DNA of 64,000 bases from Dehalococcoidia bacterium (GCA_963662615.2 CAXXSR010000002.1:288001-352000); one strand, 5' to 3'. Positions 21,704 to 34,882 are shown, numbered from the stretch's first letter. The notes: generated by a model from the letters alone, not told the origin. Numbers and translations are program-made.

Positions 21704-21899
21704 GCGAATGGGCGGAGTCGCGGCCGACGGTAGCACACGCGTGGCCGGCGGCGGGCAGCAGGGAAGGACGATCGCCCGCTCAGGGGGAGCCGGCGCCGAG
21801 CCGCTTCTGCTCTCACGGGCTGCAGGGACTGGCTTCAGGGACTGGGAGCCGGCGTCGCCCCGACTCTCCAGCGAGGCGTGTCCCGCCGGGCAGGGACGT

Positions 21900-22226
21900 T
21901 TAGTTGAGCGCTTCGTCGAGCCGCTTCTTGAGGTCGCCCTTGGGGCGGAAGCCGACGATCTGTCCGACCGGCTCGCCGCCTTTGAAGACCAGCAAGGTAG
22001 GGATGCTGCGGATCCCGTACGTGGTCGCAACGCGGGGATTGTCATCCGTGTTGAGTTTGTAAAAGGCGACCCGGCCCGCGTACTCGTCGGCTAACTCTTC
22101 CACGACCGGCGCAACCATGCGGCAGGGGCCGCACCACGGCGCCCAGAAGTCCACGAGCACGGGAACGTTGTTCTCAAGGACTTCGCTCTGGAAGGTGTCG
22201 TCGGTGACGTCGGTGGGTTTCGCCAT
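21900..22226 (-). CDS. trxA: Thioredoxin
   Basis: VDFWAPWCGPC, SIPTL. Confidence 0.95.
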   Translation of the reverse strand: MAKPTDVTDDTFQSEVLENNVPVLVDFWAPWCGPCRMVAPVVEELADEYAGRVAFYKLNTDDNPRVATTYGIRSIPTLLVFKGGEPVGQIVGFRPKGDLKKRLDEALN

Positions 22227-22338
22227 AGTCTCTGCCCTTCGCGCAGCGCCGTGTGGATGGTGCCACATGTCATTTTACTGGCCGCCGGCCCTTGCCGGCT
22301 CTTTGACAGTAGGAGCGCTGCCGCCTAGGATCATATTG

Positions 22339-22357
22339 TATACCCATACCTGGTATA
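22339..22357. promoter_or_regulatory. Putative CsoR-family operator TATACC-N7-GGTATA
   Basis: AT-rich palindrome between divergent trxA and csoR-like gene; matches the ATACC-N7-GGTAT CsoR operator architecture. Confidence 0.65.
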
Positions 22358-22428
22358 TGCATATGGCTGGTTGATGGGTCTGCATCTGTCGCGCGTGGAA
22401 CAGAGGCGCCGTGGAACGAGCATCGGAG

Positions 22429-22695
22429 ATGGACACCAGCGCACAGGTCCACGCACGCCTGCGCCGTGTGGAGGGCCAGGTTCAGGGCGTCCAGCGAATG
22501 CTCCATGAGGGCCGCCGCTGTGAGGATGTGCTGACACAGCTGCTGGCGATCCGCGCCGCCGTGGAGCAGGCCTTCTTCGTGATGACAGAGCAGCACATCC
22601 GGGATTGCATCCTGGGCGACGAGCTTGAACGTGACGATCCGCGGGTGCAACAGATCGTGGACGCGCTGAAATTGCTGGCCCGGTCAGGCGCCTAG
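22429..22695 (+). CDS. CsoR/RcnR-family metal-sensitive repressor
   Basis: RLRRVEGQVQGVQRM, C..VLTQL.A, HxxxC (C-H-C fingerprint). Confidence 0.9.
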   Translation: MDTSAQVHARLRRVEGQVQGVQRMLHEGRRCEDVLTQLLAIRAAVEQAFFVMTEQHIRDCILGDELERDDPRVQQIVDALKLLARSGA

Positions 22696-22702
22696 CCTTC
22701 GA

Positions 22703-23785
22703 CTAGCCTTCACCATCGGGGTTGACGGCGCTCTCGGCGGGCTCGGTCAGCCCCTCGGACGGGGCGCCGGCCCGGCTCCGAGGTCCCACCGGGGGAGAGT
22801 CCGGTGGGCGCAGCGCCTCCCGGATGGCGAGCACGAACCGCGATTCGGCCACGTTGCGCGCCAGGCGGACGCCGCTAGTCACGGCTTGCGCCTCCGCGCG
22901 ACCGTGGCCGATGATGACCGCCCCGTTCACGCCGAACAAGGGAGCCCCACCCACTCGCCGATAGTCCATGCTCTCGCGGAGTGCGGCGAAGGCGCCGCGA
23001 ATGAACCAGGCGCCCGCGACGTAGCGGGGTTTGCTCCGAATCCCACGCCGGAGCTGACCGGCCAGGAAGGCGGCGACGCCCTCCGCCACCTTCACGGCGA
23101 TGTTCCCGTTGAAGCCGTCCGTCACGACGACGTCGGCGTGGCCGTCGAGGAGTGCGTTGCCCTCAATGTTGCCCACAAAGTTGGGTTCGGTCCGCCGCAG
23201 CAGGGCATAGGCCTCCCGCGCCAACAGATTGCCCTTCGACTCCTCTTCGCCGACGTTGAGGAGCCCCACGGTGGGGTCAGGCTGCCGGAGCACCCGCTCA
23301 AAATACGCCTTCCCCATGGTGGCGAACTGCGCGAGGTAGGCTGGGCGGCAGTCCACGCTGGCGCCGACGTCCAGCAGCAGAGTGTTGGAGCCGCGCGCGC
23401 TGTGAAACACCGCGCCCAGGGCCGGCCGATCGACGCCGGGGATGCGGCCCAAGGTGATCAGGCTGGCGGCCATGATGGCGCCGGTGTTGCCGAACGAGAC
23501 GAAGGCTCCGGCATCGCCGCGTTGGAGCAGCTCCAAACCAACCATGATCGACGAGCGCCGCTTCTGCCGGATCGTAGCGGCCGGCTGGTCGGCCATGTCC
23601 ACGACGTCGGCGGCGTCCTGCAGGCGGACGTTGGAGGGAGCCCGTGACAGGAGCGGAACCAGGTTCGCCGTGCGCCCAACGAGCACGACCTCCAAACCGG
23701 GGTCGCGGGCGGCGGCCAGAGCGCCCTCTACGACAGCCCGAGGCGCGTGGTCCCCACCCATGGCGTCGATGGCCACGACGGTCAT
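22703..23785 (-). CDS. plsX: Phosphate acyltransferase
   Basis: IDAMGGDHAP, GNTGA, RPAL, LLNVGEE.SKGN, GAPLFGV, HG. Confidence 0.95.
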   Translation of the reverse strand: MTVVAIDAMGGDHAPRAVVEGALAAARDPGLEVVLVGRTANLVPLLSRAPSNVRLQDAADVVDMADQPAATIRQKRRSSIMVGLELLQRGDAGAFVSFGNTGAIMAASLITLGRIPGVDRPALGAVFHSARGSNTLLLDVGASVDCRPAYLAQFATMGKAYFERVLRQPDPTVGLLNVGEEESKGNLLAREAYALLRRTEPNFVGNIEGNALLDGHADVVVTDGFNGNIAVKVAEGVAAFLAGQLRRGIRSKPRYVAGAWFIRGAFAALRESMDYRRVGGAPLFGVNGAVIIGHGRAEAQAVTSGVRLARNVAESRFVLAIREALRPPDSPPVGPRSRAGAPSEGLTEPAESAVNPDGEG

Positions 23786-23842
23786 GCGCTCCTCCAAAAT
23801 TCTTGCCTGCGCACGGCCACGCCTCCCGGGGGGCCGGTGTGA

Positions 23843-25129
23843 TTACGACGAGGCGCAGCGAAAGGCATCAAGGCTCGGTTGCGCCTGGGCCCGCGCATCT
23901 TCGGCGCTAAAGGACTCAAGGACGAAGGAGCGACCGCTGGAGCGGCAGTACCAGACAAAGACGGCCACCTCGCTGGAGACGCCCTCCGCGTCGGTTAAGG
24001 TCGCGATGGCGAAGCGGCCGGTGATGTCCTCCCCAGCGGTCAGATCGCTCCGCTCCCGCTCCTCGATCTGGGCGTCCGGCGGCGGTGCGAGCGCCTCGGT
24101 CAGGGCGGCCTCGGGATCGAAGACATCTTCGCTGACGGTGTCCCAGGCCAGGACGAGTTCGGTCTGGCCCGTGCCGGCCTGCTGGAAGAAGAGGCCGGCT
24201 TCGAAGGAAGGGAGGCGACCGAGGTTGCCCAGTTCGCCGTTGAAGGAGTCCAGGTTGTAGGGGTAGACGAACTCCCACTTGCTGTAGAGCCCGGGCACAC
24301 TGGCAGGGTTGCGGCGCGCCAGGAACGAATCCAGAGACTGCTGGAAGAACGGCTCCACTTCCGCGAACGACTCGGCAATAGAGCCCGTGTTGACGAAGTA
24401 GGCAATGGGACCCACCTGTACGATTAGGCTGCGCCAACGCTCCTGGACGCCCCCTGCGGACGTCCGGTCAAACTCCCAATCCAGGATCAGCGCGGGGCTC
24501 ACGCCATCCGCGGCCAACACGATCTCCTGTCGCTCCAGGATGGCGAACGACTCGTCGAGTTCCCGCTCACGCCGCCAGATCTCCTCCAGCTCGGCCAGGG
24601 CGGGCGGATTCTCCTCGTCGGCGGCGCGCACGGCGATGGTGATCAAGGCCCGGATGGTGTCGGAGCGGAAGCCCACCTGGTCAATGCCGGCGGAATTGAC
24701 GTTGCAGAACGGCTCGCAAATCAGTTCCAGGATATAGCCGTAGGTAGCGTTCTGGTAGCGCCGGACGATGTCATCCGCCAAGTCAATTTCATCCGGGTCC
24801 AGGGGGGGTTCGGAATCCGCCGGTGCGGCGTCGGCGCCCGTGGCCGGCTCCTCGTCAGCAGGGGGCGCCTCGTCGGCAGGAGGCGCCGCGGCCTCCGGCT
24901 GGTCGTCCGGCTGGTCCGCCTCCGGCGCGGCCGGCTGGTCCGTGGGCTCGGGAGCTTCGGAGGGGGCCGCTTCCGCCGGGACCACGTCCGCTGGGGCTGA
25001 GGGCGCTTCCCGGAGGAACTCGTCGACCTCGACGTCATCGTTGGGGTTGCCACCGCAGGCCGCGATCAGCGCCGCCGCCGCGATGGCCGCGACGCCGAGC
25101 CAGATCCCTCTGCGATGGCGGAGGATCAT
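23843..25129 (-). CDS. Putative lipoprotein with Pro/Ala/Glu linker and PsbP-like domain(s)
   Basis: Lipobox LIAAC, acidic linker, Y.N.TYGY start of a PsbP-like fold; GGAGG RBS. Confidence 0.65.
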   Translation of the reverse strand: MILRHRRGIWLGVAAIAAAALIAACGGNPNDDVEVDEFLREAPSAPADVVPAEAAPSEAPEPTDQPAAPEADQPDDQPEAAAPPADEAPPADEEPATGADAAPADSEPPLDPDEIDLADDIVRRYQNATYGYILELICEPFCNVNSAGIDQVGFRSDTIRALITIAVRAADEENPPALAELEEIWRRERELDESFAILERQEIVLAADGVSPALILDWEFDRTSAGGVQERWRSLIVQVGPIAYFVNTGSIAESFAEVEPFFQQSLDSFLARRNPASVPGLYSKWEFVYPYNLDSFNGELGNLGRLPSFEAGLFFQQAGTGQTELVLAWDTVSEDVFDPEAALTEALAPPPDAQIEERERSDLTAGEDITGRFAIATLTDAEGVSSEVAVFVWYCRSSGRSFVLESFSAEDARAQAQPSLDAFRCASS

Positions 25130-25623
25130 TCGGCCTCCTCCCCCTGCGGCCGGGGCGCGGCCACGACCATGTGGCGGTCGCCGGCCCCTAGGGGATGGAG
25201 GTCGTACGAGCCGTAGCACTACTGCACCGCCAACCCGGCTGTTCTGAGCACGGGTTCCATGCCATGGCCATTTCATGGCGACTTCGAAATCATGACGGAA
25301 GGCGCGACGGAGAGGAGATCGTGCGATCGTCCCTTCGACGCGGCCGCTGTCGCGAGGCTCATAATACATGGACGTGACGGACTGAGTTTGCGAGGCCGGC
25401 TCCGCCTCCCCCGTGGCGAATGCGATCACGGTGGCGCCGGTCTCCGGGCGGCGGCGCATCCATGCCAGCAGAGGGGGCATTCCTGGAGAGGGGGCGCGGT
25501 CCGAGGCGCCAGTCGTCGGCGATGCAGGGTAGGAGGCCGCCTGCGGCGGCCGGAGCCGTCGTTTGACGCCGGCCGGAGCCAGTTCTTAGGCTGAGCGCCG
25601 ACCGGAAGGCGGATGCGGTGAGC

Positions 25624-26136
25624 ATGGACCTGCGCGCGCTGATCCGCGAGATCCCGGACTTTCCAGAACCGAACATTCTCTTCCGCGACATCACGCCGCT
25701 GCTGGGCAACGCGGCGGCGTACCGCCAGGCGATTGACTGGTTCGCCTCCTGCTGCGCAGACGAACGCATTGACGCAGTGGTCGGCATTGAATCACGGGGG
25801 TTCATCTTCGGCGCGCCGCTGGCCGAGCGGCTGGGGGCAGGCTTCGTCCCGGTGCGCAAACCGGGCAGGCTGCCGGCGGATCGACACCGGGAAGAGTATC
25901 GGCTGGAATACGGCTCCAACGTGCTGGAGATCCACCAGGATGCGTTGCAACCCGGCCAGCGCGCCGTGATCGTGGACGATCTCCTCGCCACGGGTGGAAC
26001 GGCACTGGCGACGGTGAAACTGGTGGAGCGGACCGGCGCGGCGATCCACTCTCTGGCCTTTCTCATTGAACTTTCTGAGCTCAAAGGGCGGGACCGACTG
26101 GCGCACTACCGTGTTCAATCGATGATGACGTTTTGA
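25624..26136 (+). CDS. apt: Adenine phosphoribosyltransferase
   Basis: PDFP..I.FRDITPLL, ESRGF, VDDLLATGGT. Confidence 0.95.
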   Translation: MDLRALIREIPDFPEPNILFRDITPLLGNAAAYRQAIDWFASCCADERIDAVVGIESRGFIFGAPLAERLGAGFVPVRKPGRLPADRHREEYRLEYGSNVLEIHQDALQPGQRAVIVDDLLATGGTALATVKLVERTGAAIHSLAFLIELSELKGRDRLAHYRVQSMMTF

Positions 26137-26237
26137 ATCGCCAGAGTGGAGGGCGAGCGCGCGTCGCCGGTCCGCAATCCCGAAACGCGCGCGTCGCTTG
26201 ACGCTCTTCTGAGCGCGTGCCTACGCTGCCAAAGCGC

Positions 26238-26358
26238 AACTCTTATTGAGAGTGGTGGAGGGACCGGCCCGACGAAGTCCGGCAAGCGGTCGCAGCGCGA
26301 CTCGGTGCCTAATGCGGCCGGCGGATTCCCATTGCGCGTGGGGCTGCCATGGGGCGTT
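26238..26358 (+). promoter_or_regulatory. SAM-I (S-box) riboswitch, divergent
   Basis: CTCTTATT-GAGAG-TGGTGGAGGGACCGGCCCGACGAAG-CGGCAA...GGTGCC core; lies upstream of mtnP/ahcY/metK. Confidence 0.7.
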
Positions 26359-26606
26359 CCCGCCTTCTGACGGGCGCCTGCCACGTTGTGGTACTGCGAT
26401 GGTGTCTCATCCGGCCGAGCACCGCGCCGGCGTCGTCCGGCACGGTTACACGGCTGCGGGCGTGCCTTCTTTCGAGCGGCGCGGGGAGAACGTAGTGGGT
26501 GTGTCGATGGAGTGGCGAAGCGTGAGCCGATCGATCGTGGTCACGGCCGTGGCGCGCAGCGCCCGCGAGGGCCGGAGGGGACCGGGGACGCGAACGGATC
26601 CGCCCG

Positions 26607-27479
26607 GTGCCTGAGCCCGAGGCGCAGATCGCCGTGATTGGCGGCTCCGGGTTTTACGCAATGGAGGGGTTGGCGGGGCTGACGACGTGGAACCCGCAGA
26701 CGCCCTTCGGCCACCCCAGCGACGCGATCACCGCGGGTACGCTCCAGGGCACGCGCGTTGCCTTTCTGCCTCGGCACGGCGCGGGGCACGCTCTCCTGCC
26801 GCAAGAGATCCCGGTGAAAGCGAACGTGTGGGCCCTGAAGACGTTGGGCGTTCAAGGGATCATTGCCGTGAGCGCGGTAGGCTCCCTGCGCCAGGAGATC
26901 GCGCCGCTGCACATGGTCGTGCCGGATCAGATCGTCGATCGCACGCACCACACGCGCCCCACGACGTTTTTCGGCGAGGGGATCGTGGCGCACGTGGGAT
27001 TCGCCGACCCGTTCTGTCCAGATCTTAGCGTGCGGCTGGTGGCGTCGGGGCGGGCCCTGGGCAAGACGATGCACGCCGGGGGCGCCTATGTCTGTGTGGA
27101 GGGGCCCCTCTTCTCGACGCGGGCGGAGACGCAGATCTATCGGTCGTGGGGCGCGTCGATCATTGGCATGACCGCGCTGCCAGAGGCGCAACTGGCGCGC
27201 GAAGCGGAGATCTCCTACGCCATGCTGGCGACCGCAACCGACTACGACGTCTGGCACGAGTCGGAGGAAGATGTATCGGCGGAGCTGGTGGTGCAACGAA
27301 TGAGGGAGAATGTGGCAGCGGCGCAGGCGATCGTGTCGCACCTGCTGGGCGACTTGCCAGCGGGCTGGGTCAGCACGGCCCAAGGCGCGCTGAAGGATGC
27401 GATTGTGACGGACCCGGCGCGGATTCCCGCCAAGGTGAAAGAGGAACTCGCCCCGATCGTTGGAGCGTACTTGTCATGA
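26607..27479 (+). CDS. mtnP: S-methyl-5'-thioadenosine phosphorylase
   Basis: IGGSG, PRHG, SAVGSL, EGP.FSTRAE, GMT..PE, TDYD. Confidence 0.9.
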   Translation: MPEPEAQIAVIGGSGFYAMEGLAGLTTWNPQTPFGHPSDAITAGTLQGTRVAFLPRHGAGHALLPQEIPVKANVWALKTLGVQGIIAVSAVGSLRQEIAPLHMVVPDQIVDRTHHTRPTTFFGEGIVAHVGFADPFCPDLSVRLVASGRALGKTMHAGGAYVCVEGPLFSTRAETQIYRSWGASIIGMTALPEAQLAREAEISYAMLATATDYDVWHESEEDVSAELVVQRMRENVAAAQAIVSHLLGDLPAGWVSTAQGALKDAIVTDPARIPAKVKEELAPIVGAYLS

Positions 27480-27528
27480 GCTGCGCCGCGGTGGGGGAAG
27501 TCACGATCGACGACGTTGAGACGCCGAC

Positions 27529-29719
<2,191 letters not shown>

Positions 29720-29726
29720 GGGATCT

Positions 29727-30935
29727 ATGTCAACGACCTTCTCTCAAGCGCCGAGCCTGCCGCTGACGTCGGAGTCGGTCACGGAGGGGCACCCGGACAA
29801 ACTTTGCGACCAGATCTCGGACGCGGTGCTGGACGCATGCCTGGAAGGGGACCGGAGTTCACGGGTGGCCTGCGAGACGGCCGTGACCACCGGGCTCGTG
29901 CTGGTTTTCGGCGAGATTACGACGGCCACGTACGTGGACATTGAGAGTCTGGTGCGCGACGTCATCCGCGATGTCGGCTACACGCATTCGGATCATGGCT
30001 TCGACGCGGATACGGCCGGCGTGCTCGTTTCCCTCAAAGAGCAGTCGCCGGACATTGCGGACGGGGTGCGCCGCTCCTGGGAAGTGCGGGAGGAGGCAGC
30101 GGCGGACCGGCACGATGAGCAGGGCGCCGGCGATCAGGGCATGGTGGTGGGATTCGCCTGTAACGAGACGGCGGAATACATGCCGCTCTCCATTGCGCTG
30201 GCGCATCAGTTGACGCGCCGTCTGGCGGCGGTCCGCCGATCCGCCTCCATCCCCTATCTGCTCCCGGACGGGAAGTCGCAGGTCACGGTGGAGTACGCCT
30301 ACGGTAAGCCGCGCCGGATCGCCGCCGTGGTGCTTTCCACGCAGCACGAGGATGGGGTGAGCCAGGAGCAGATCAAGCAGGACCTGCAAGAGCAGGTGAT
30401 CGACCAGGAACTCCCGCACCAACTGATGGACGAGGGGACTCGAATCTACGTCAACCCCTCCGGACGGTTCGTTGTGGGGGGACCCAAGGGCGATGCGGGT
30501 CTGACCGGTCGCAAGATCATCGTGGACACGTATGGGGGCGTGGCGCGCCACGGCGGCGGGGCGTTCTCCGGCAAGGACCCCTCGAAAGTTGACCGCTCCG
30601 GCGCCTACGCCGCTCGCTGGGTGGCGAAGAACGTTGTCGCCGCGGGCTTGGCCGAGCGGGTGGAGATGCAGGTGTCGTATGCGATCGGCGTCGCCAAGCC
30701 GATGTCCATCTCCATTGAGACATTCGGCACGGCCGTGGTGCCGGAAGAGGATATCGAGCGAATCGTGGCTGAGCACTTCGACCTGCGCCCGTCCGCCATT
30801 TTGGAAGCGTTGGGGCTGCAGCGACCGATTTACCGGCAGACGGCGGCGTACGGCCACTTCGGCCGGCCGGACATTGATCTGCCCTGGGAAAGCACGGCGA
30901 TGGCGGAGTCATTGCGTCGGGCGGCGGGACTCTAG
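29727..30935 (+). CDS. metK: S-adenosylmethionine synthetase
   Basis: [26 protein letters not shown]. Confidence 0.97.
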   Translation: MSTTFSQAPSLPLTSESVTEGHPDKLCDQISDAVLDACLEGDRSSRVACETAVTTGLVLVFGEITTATYVDIESLVRDVIRDVGYTHSDHGFDADTAGVLVSLKEQSPDIADGVRRSWEVREEAAADRHDEQGAGDQGMVVGFACNETAEYMPLSIALAHQLTRRLAAVRRSASIPYLLPDGKSQVTVEYAYGKPRRIAAVVLSTQHEDGVSQEQIKQDLQEQVIDQELPHQLMDEGTRIYVNPSGRFVVGGPKGDAGLTGRKIIVDTYGGVARHGGGAFSGKDPSKVDRSGAYAARWVAKNVVAAGLAERVEMQVSYAIGVAKPMSISIETFGTAVVPEEDIERIVAEHFDLRPSAILEALGLQRPIYRQTAAYGHFGRPDIDLPWESTAMAESLRRAAGL

Positions 30936-31023
30936 CCACACCGCTCCCGTGGATCCACGGCGCGACGCGACGCGGCAGCGCTGGGCGGAGGCCCGGAGGC
31001 GCTCCCGCCGCCCCGTGTCGCCC

Positions 31024-31428
31024 TTACCGCTTGGTGTACTGGGGCGCCTTGCGCGCGCGCTTGAGGCCGGGCTTTTTGCGCTCTTTGATGCGAGCGTCCC
31101 GAGTGAGAAGGCCGGCCTGTCGGAGGGGCTTGCGCAAGGTCTCGTCGGCTTCGACCAGCGCCCGGGCGACGCCCAACTGGATAGCGCCCGCCCAGCCGCT
31201 GACGCCCCCGCCCACGCACTTCACTTGGATGTTGAACTGGCCCTGCGCGTTGGCGACGACGAGGGGCTCTTCGATCTCCCGTCGGTGGATGGGGCGATGA
31301 AAGAGCTCGTCGATCTGCTTGCCGTTGATGACGATCGCGCCGTTGCCTGGATAGAGACGGACGCGGGCCACCGCCGTTTTGCGCCGGCCGGTGCCGTAGA
31401 AGTAGTGCCCCGCTGTAGCCGTGGTCAT
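31024..31428 (-). CDS. rpsI: 30S ribosomal protein S9
   Basis: [15 protein letters not shown]. Confidence 0.97.
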   Translation of the reverse strand: MTTATAGHYFYGTGRRKTAVARVRLYPGNGAIVINGKQIDELFHRPIHRREIEEPLVVANAQGQFNIQVKCVGGGVSGWAGAIQLGVARALVEADETLRKPLRQAGLLTRDARIKERKKPGLKRARKAPQYTKR

Positions 31429-31874
31429 GAGCGAGCCTCTGTCACCAACGCGGTCTCCGCCATCTGTCCGGCGTGAGGATGGTCCGGTCCCGCGTACACG
31501 CGCAAGCGTCGGAACTGTTGCCGCGCGAGCCGGTTCTTGGGCAGCATCCCGCGCACGGCCTTCTCCACCGGGCGCTCCGGGTAGCGAGCAAGCATGTCCT
31601 TGAGCACCATCTGCCGCAGTCCTCCCGGATAGCCGGAGTGGCTGTAGTAGGTTTTGTTTTCCAGCTTCCGCCCCGTGACGGCGACCTTGGCGGCATTGAT
31701 CACGATCACGTAGTCGCCCACGTCCATGGCCGGGGAGAAGCTGGGCTTGTGCTTGCCACGGAGCAGCGTGGCCACCTGCGTTGCCAGGCGCCCGAGGATC
31801 ACGTCGGCGGCGTCCAGGACGTGCCAGGCGCGCTGGACCTCACCTTTCCGGACCGCGTACGTCTTCATCGTCAT
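31425..31874 (-). CDS. rplM: 50S ribosomal protein L13
   Basis: LGRLA, GKHKP, HSGYPGG. Confidence 0.97.
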   Translation of the reverse strand: MTMKTYAVRKGEVQRAWHVLDAADVILGRLATQVATLLRGKHKPSFSPAMDVGDYVIVINAAKVAVTGRKLENKTYYSHSGYPGGLRQMVLKDMLARYPERPVEKAVRGMLPKNRLARQQFRRLRVYAGPDHPHAGQMAETALVTEARS

Positions 31875-32643
31875 GATCCCACTCCTGCAGCTCCGCCAGA
31901 GCATAGCGTACGTGGACGAGCACCAGCCCCTGGGGAGGGGCCGCCGGGCCCGCCGCGCCGCAGCGCGGCTCCGCCAGCAAGCGCGCGACCACGGTGGGCT
32001 CTGCCGCACCCCGGCCAATGCGCACCACTTGACCCACTGTACGACGCACTTGCTGTGGCAGAAAGCTCTGGGCCCGCAAATGGAAGCGGAAGGTGGGCGC
32101 GCTGGCATGGAGCCGCGCCTCGTCCACGGTCCGCACGGTGCCGGAGGGCGGCGACCGGGAGGCAAAGGAGGCGAAGTCGTGCTCTCCTTCGAGCGGCGCG
32201 AGAGCCGCCTCCATACGCGAGACGTCCAGCGGCGCGGTCAGGACCCAGGCACGCGATTCCCAAAGCGGCTGCCGGACGGGGCTGACCCGAAGGTGGTAGG
32301 CATACGTGCGGGCCGTCGCCCAGCGGCGGGGGTTGAATTCCAACGGCACCTCTCGCGCGGCCTGCACGGCAACGGCGGGAGGGAGGAAATGGTTCAGGCC
32401 GCCCACCCAGCGGGTGAGCGCCAAGGTGGAGGTGGTGGTAACAGCAGCGACCTGCCCGGTGGCATGCACGCCCGCGTCGGTGCGGCTGGCGAAGTCCGCC
32501 CGATGCGGCGCGCCGCTGAGCGCCAGACAGGCGTCTTCCAGGGCCGCCTGGACCGTGGGGCGCCCGCGCTGCAGCTGAGAGCCGGCGAAAGCGGCGCCGT
32601 CATACTGCAGGCGCAGCGCGATCCGGCGCGGGGACGGGGGCAC
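31840..32643 (-). CDS. truA: tRNA pseudouridine(38-40) synthase
   Basis: [24 protein letters not shown]. Confidence 0.95.
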   Translation of the reverse strand: MPPSPRRIALRLQYDGAAFAGSQLQRGRPTVQAALEDACLALSGAPHRADFASRTDAGVHATGQVAAVTTTSTLALTRWVGGLNHFLPPAVAVQAAREVPLEFNPRRWATARTYAYHLRVSPVRQPLWESRAWVLTAPLDVSRMEAALAPLEGEHDFASFASRSPPSGTVRTVDEARLHASAPTFRFHLRAQSFLPQQVRRTVGQVVRIGRGAAEPTVVARLLAEPRCGAAGPAAPPQGLVLVHVRYALAELQEWDHDDEDVRGPER

Positions 32644-32649
32644 AGTGGG

Positions 32650-33084
32650 CTAGTCGTTCCGCTCGGCGTCGTCGGCGCCAGCCGAGTCGGCGGGGGCCGC
32701 GGCGCTCTCCAAGATGGCCCCGGCGGGCGCATCCTGCACCAGTTCAATCTGCGCCATGCGGGCGCCGTCACCCAGCCGGGGGCCCAGCTTGATAATGCGG
32801 GTGTAGCCGCCCGGCCGCTCACGGAAGCGAGGCGCGATTTCGCTGAAGAGGTGACGCAGGACCGCGCGATCGGTCAGAGCCGCTGAGGCCAGACGCCGGG
32901 CATGGAGGTCGCCGCGTTTGCCCAGCGTGATCACTTTCTCCGCGGCGGGGCGGATCTCCTTGGCCTTGGCCTCGGTGGTGACGAGCCGACCGTGCCGCAG
33001 CAACTCCGTCACCTGATTGCGAATGAGGGCCTTGCGATGGGAGGAGGTGCGCCCCAGCGCGCGGCCGGCAATTCGGTGTCGCAT
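32650..33084 (-). CDS. rplQ: 50S ribosomal protein L17
   Basis: [12 protein letters not shown]. Confidence 0.97.
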   Translation of the reverse strand: MRHRIAGRALGRTSSHRKALIRNQVTELLRHGRLVTTEAKAKEIRPAAEKVITLGKRGDLHARRLASAALTDRAVLRHLFSEIAPRFRERPGGYTRIIKLGPRLGDGARMAQIELVQDAPAGAILESAAAPADSAGADDAERND

Positions 33085-33096
33085 GACGCGCTCCGC

Positions 33097-34215
33097 TTAG
33101 CGGGGCTCCTCCGGTTCCTCGCCCGCTTCCCGCAGCGCCTCCAAAAGCGCCGTCCCCAGCGAACTGATCTCCTCGTCGGCTTCTTCCAAGGAAAACTCAT
33201 CGGGTCGCGGCGCGGGCGGCGTCGGCGCCGGCTCGGCGGCCAGTTCGACGATTTTGCCCTCTGCGCCGCGGCGGCCGCGGGGGTCGTCGTCATCAAGGAA
33301 GCCCATCTCGCGGAGCCGGTCGATCAACTCGTAGTAGGACTTCTCGCCGAAGTTCCGCAGCCCGAGCAGCTCCTCTTCACTCTTTTCAAGAATCTGCCCC
33401 AAGGTCATCAGCCCGCTGCGCTTGAGGCAGTTATAGGCGCGGACGGAGAGGGAGAGGTCCTCAATGGACGTGTTATAGCGCTCCGGGGTGAGGCCCAGGG
33501 CCTCCCCCGGCTGGGGCTCCGCGGACGGCGGCGGCGTGCCCAGGTGGACGAAGAGGCTCAGCTCTCGTTGGAGGATCTCCGCCGCGGCGCGAATGGCGCT
33601 GGTGCCGTCGATGGTGCCATCCGTCCAGACTTCCAAGATCAAGCGGTCCAGGTCGCTTTCTCGTCCGACACGGGTCGGCTGCACGGAGTAATTGACCTTG
33701 CGGACGGGGGTGAAGATCGCGTCTAGGGGGATGACGCCAATGGGCATGCCGTCTGTCTGGGAGGCGGGTGTGTAGCCGCGGCCCCATTCGACGTCGAGCG
33801 TGGCGGTCAGCCGGGCCTCGGAGGAATCCAAGGTGGCGAGGTGCAGATCGTGGTTGACGATGGAGTAATCGCCGGGGACCTCCAGATCCGCGGCGGTCAC
33901 GACGCGTTCTCCGGACACGTCCAAGAAGAGCTTGGCCGGCCGATCCGAGAGGCCGCGCAGACGGATCCCCCGCATGTTGAGGAGGATCTCGGTGGTGTCC
34001 TCCTTGACGTGGGGGATGGCGGAGAACTCGTGCTGGACCTGATCGATGCGCACGGAGACGACGGCGGCGCCGGGCAGGGCGCTGAGCAAGACGCGTCGCA
34101 GCGCGTTGCCAATAGTGGTCCCGAAGCCCTGCGCGAGCGGCTCCACCACCGCCCGAGCGTAGCTCTCGGTGTTGTCCTCAATCTCCAGGTGCGGGAGTTC
34201 TTGCTCCGTGATCAC
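33097..34215 (-). CDS. rpoA: RNA polymerase alpha subunit
   Basis: GTTIGNALRR.LL, LSVRAYNCLKR, RNFGEKS. Confidence 0.97.
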   Translation of the reverse strand: MITEQELPHLEIEDNTESYARAVVEPLAQGFGTTIGNALRRVLLSALPGAAVVSVRIDQVQHEFSAIPHVKEDTTEILLNMRGIRLRGLSDRPAKLFLDVSGERVVTAADLEVPGDYSIVNHDLHLATLDSSEARLTATLDVEWGRGYTPASQTDGMPIGVIPLDAIFTPVRKVNYSVQPTRVGRESDLDRLILEVWTDGTIDGTSAIRAAAEILQRELSLFVHLGTPPPSAEPQPGEALGLTPERYNTSIEDLSLSVRAYNCLKRSGLMTLGQILEKSEEELLGLRNFGEKSYYELIDRLREMGFLDDDDPRGRRGAEGKIVELAAEPAPTPPAPRPDEFSLEEADEEISSLGTALLEALREAGEEPEEPR

Positions 34216-34255
34216 GTGGCTGCGTTCCTCCCAGGAAGCAGTGCGACAGTGCCGT

Positions 34256-34882
34256 CTAGCGCGAGTAATACTCGACGATGGCCTTTTCGTCGAAACGCAC
34301 GTCAATGTCAATGCGGACGGGGAGCGCGGTCACCTCCCCCTCTAAGGTGGCGGGCTCCACCCGCAGCCAGCCCGGCACCTCACGGCCCCCCTGCCACTCT
34401 CGCACCATCTTGAAAAACGTGCTGCGGCGACCGCGCTCCGACCACCCGATCTTATCGCCCACCCGCAGTTCAATGGAGGGGATGGCTGATTTGCGGCTGT
34501 TGAGGAGGATGTGGCCGTGCAGGACGATCTGGCGCGCCTGGGCGCGGGATTCCGCCAGGCCGAGCCGGTAGACGATGTTATCCAGGCGCAGTTCCAGGAG
34601 CTGGAGGAGGACCTCTCCGGTGGCGCCGGGGCGGCGGATCGCTTCTTTATAGAGGCGGCGGAATTGCCGCTCCAGCACGCCGTAGGACTGCCGCGCCTTC
34701 TGCTTTTCGCGCAGCTGCAGGCCGCGGTCGGAGATTTTGCGCCGGCGCTGCGGCCGCGGGCCCGGTGGGGTGGGGCGGCGCTCCACGGCGCACTTGGGAG
34801 TGAAACAGCGGTCGCCCTTGAGGAAGAGCTTTTCGCCGTTGCGCCGGCAGAGCCGACAGACCGGACCGACGTATCGCGCCAT
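34256..34882 (-). CDS. rpsD: 30S ribosomal protein S4 (Zn-type)
   Basis: CRLCRR, LREKQK, RLDN, VEYYSR. Confidence 0.97.
   Translation of the reverse strand: MARYVGPVCRLCRRNGEKLFLKGDRCFTPKCAVERRPTPPGPRPQRRRKISDRGLQLREKQKARQSYGVLERQFRRLYKEAIRRPGATGEVLLQLLELRLDNIVYRLGLAESRAQARQIVLHGHILLNSRKSAIPSIELRVGDKIGWSERGRRSTFFKMVREWQGGREVPGWLRVEPATLEGEVTALPVRIDIDVRFDEKAIVEYYSR

Noticed and set aside
26146-26370. 74-aa ORF after apt
   Set aside because: Overlaps the SAM riboswitch core and has no recognisable protein features.
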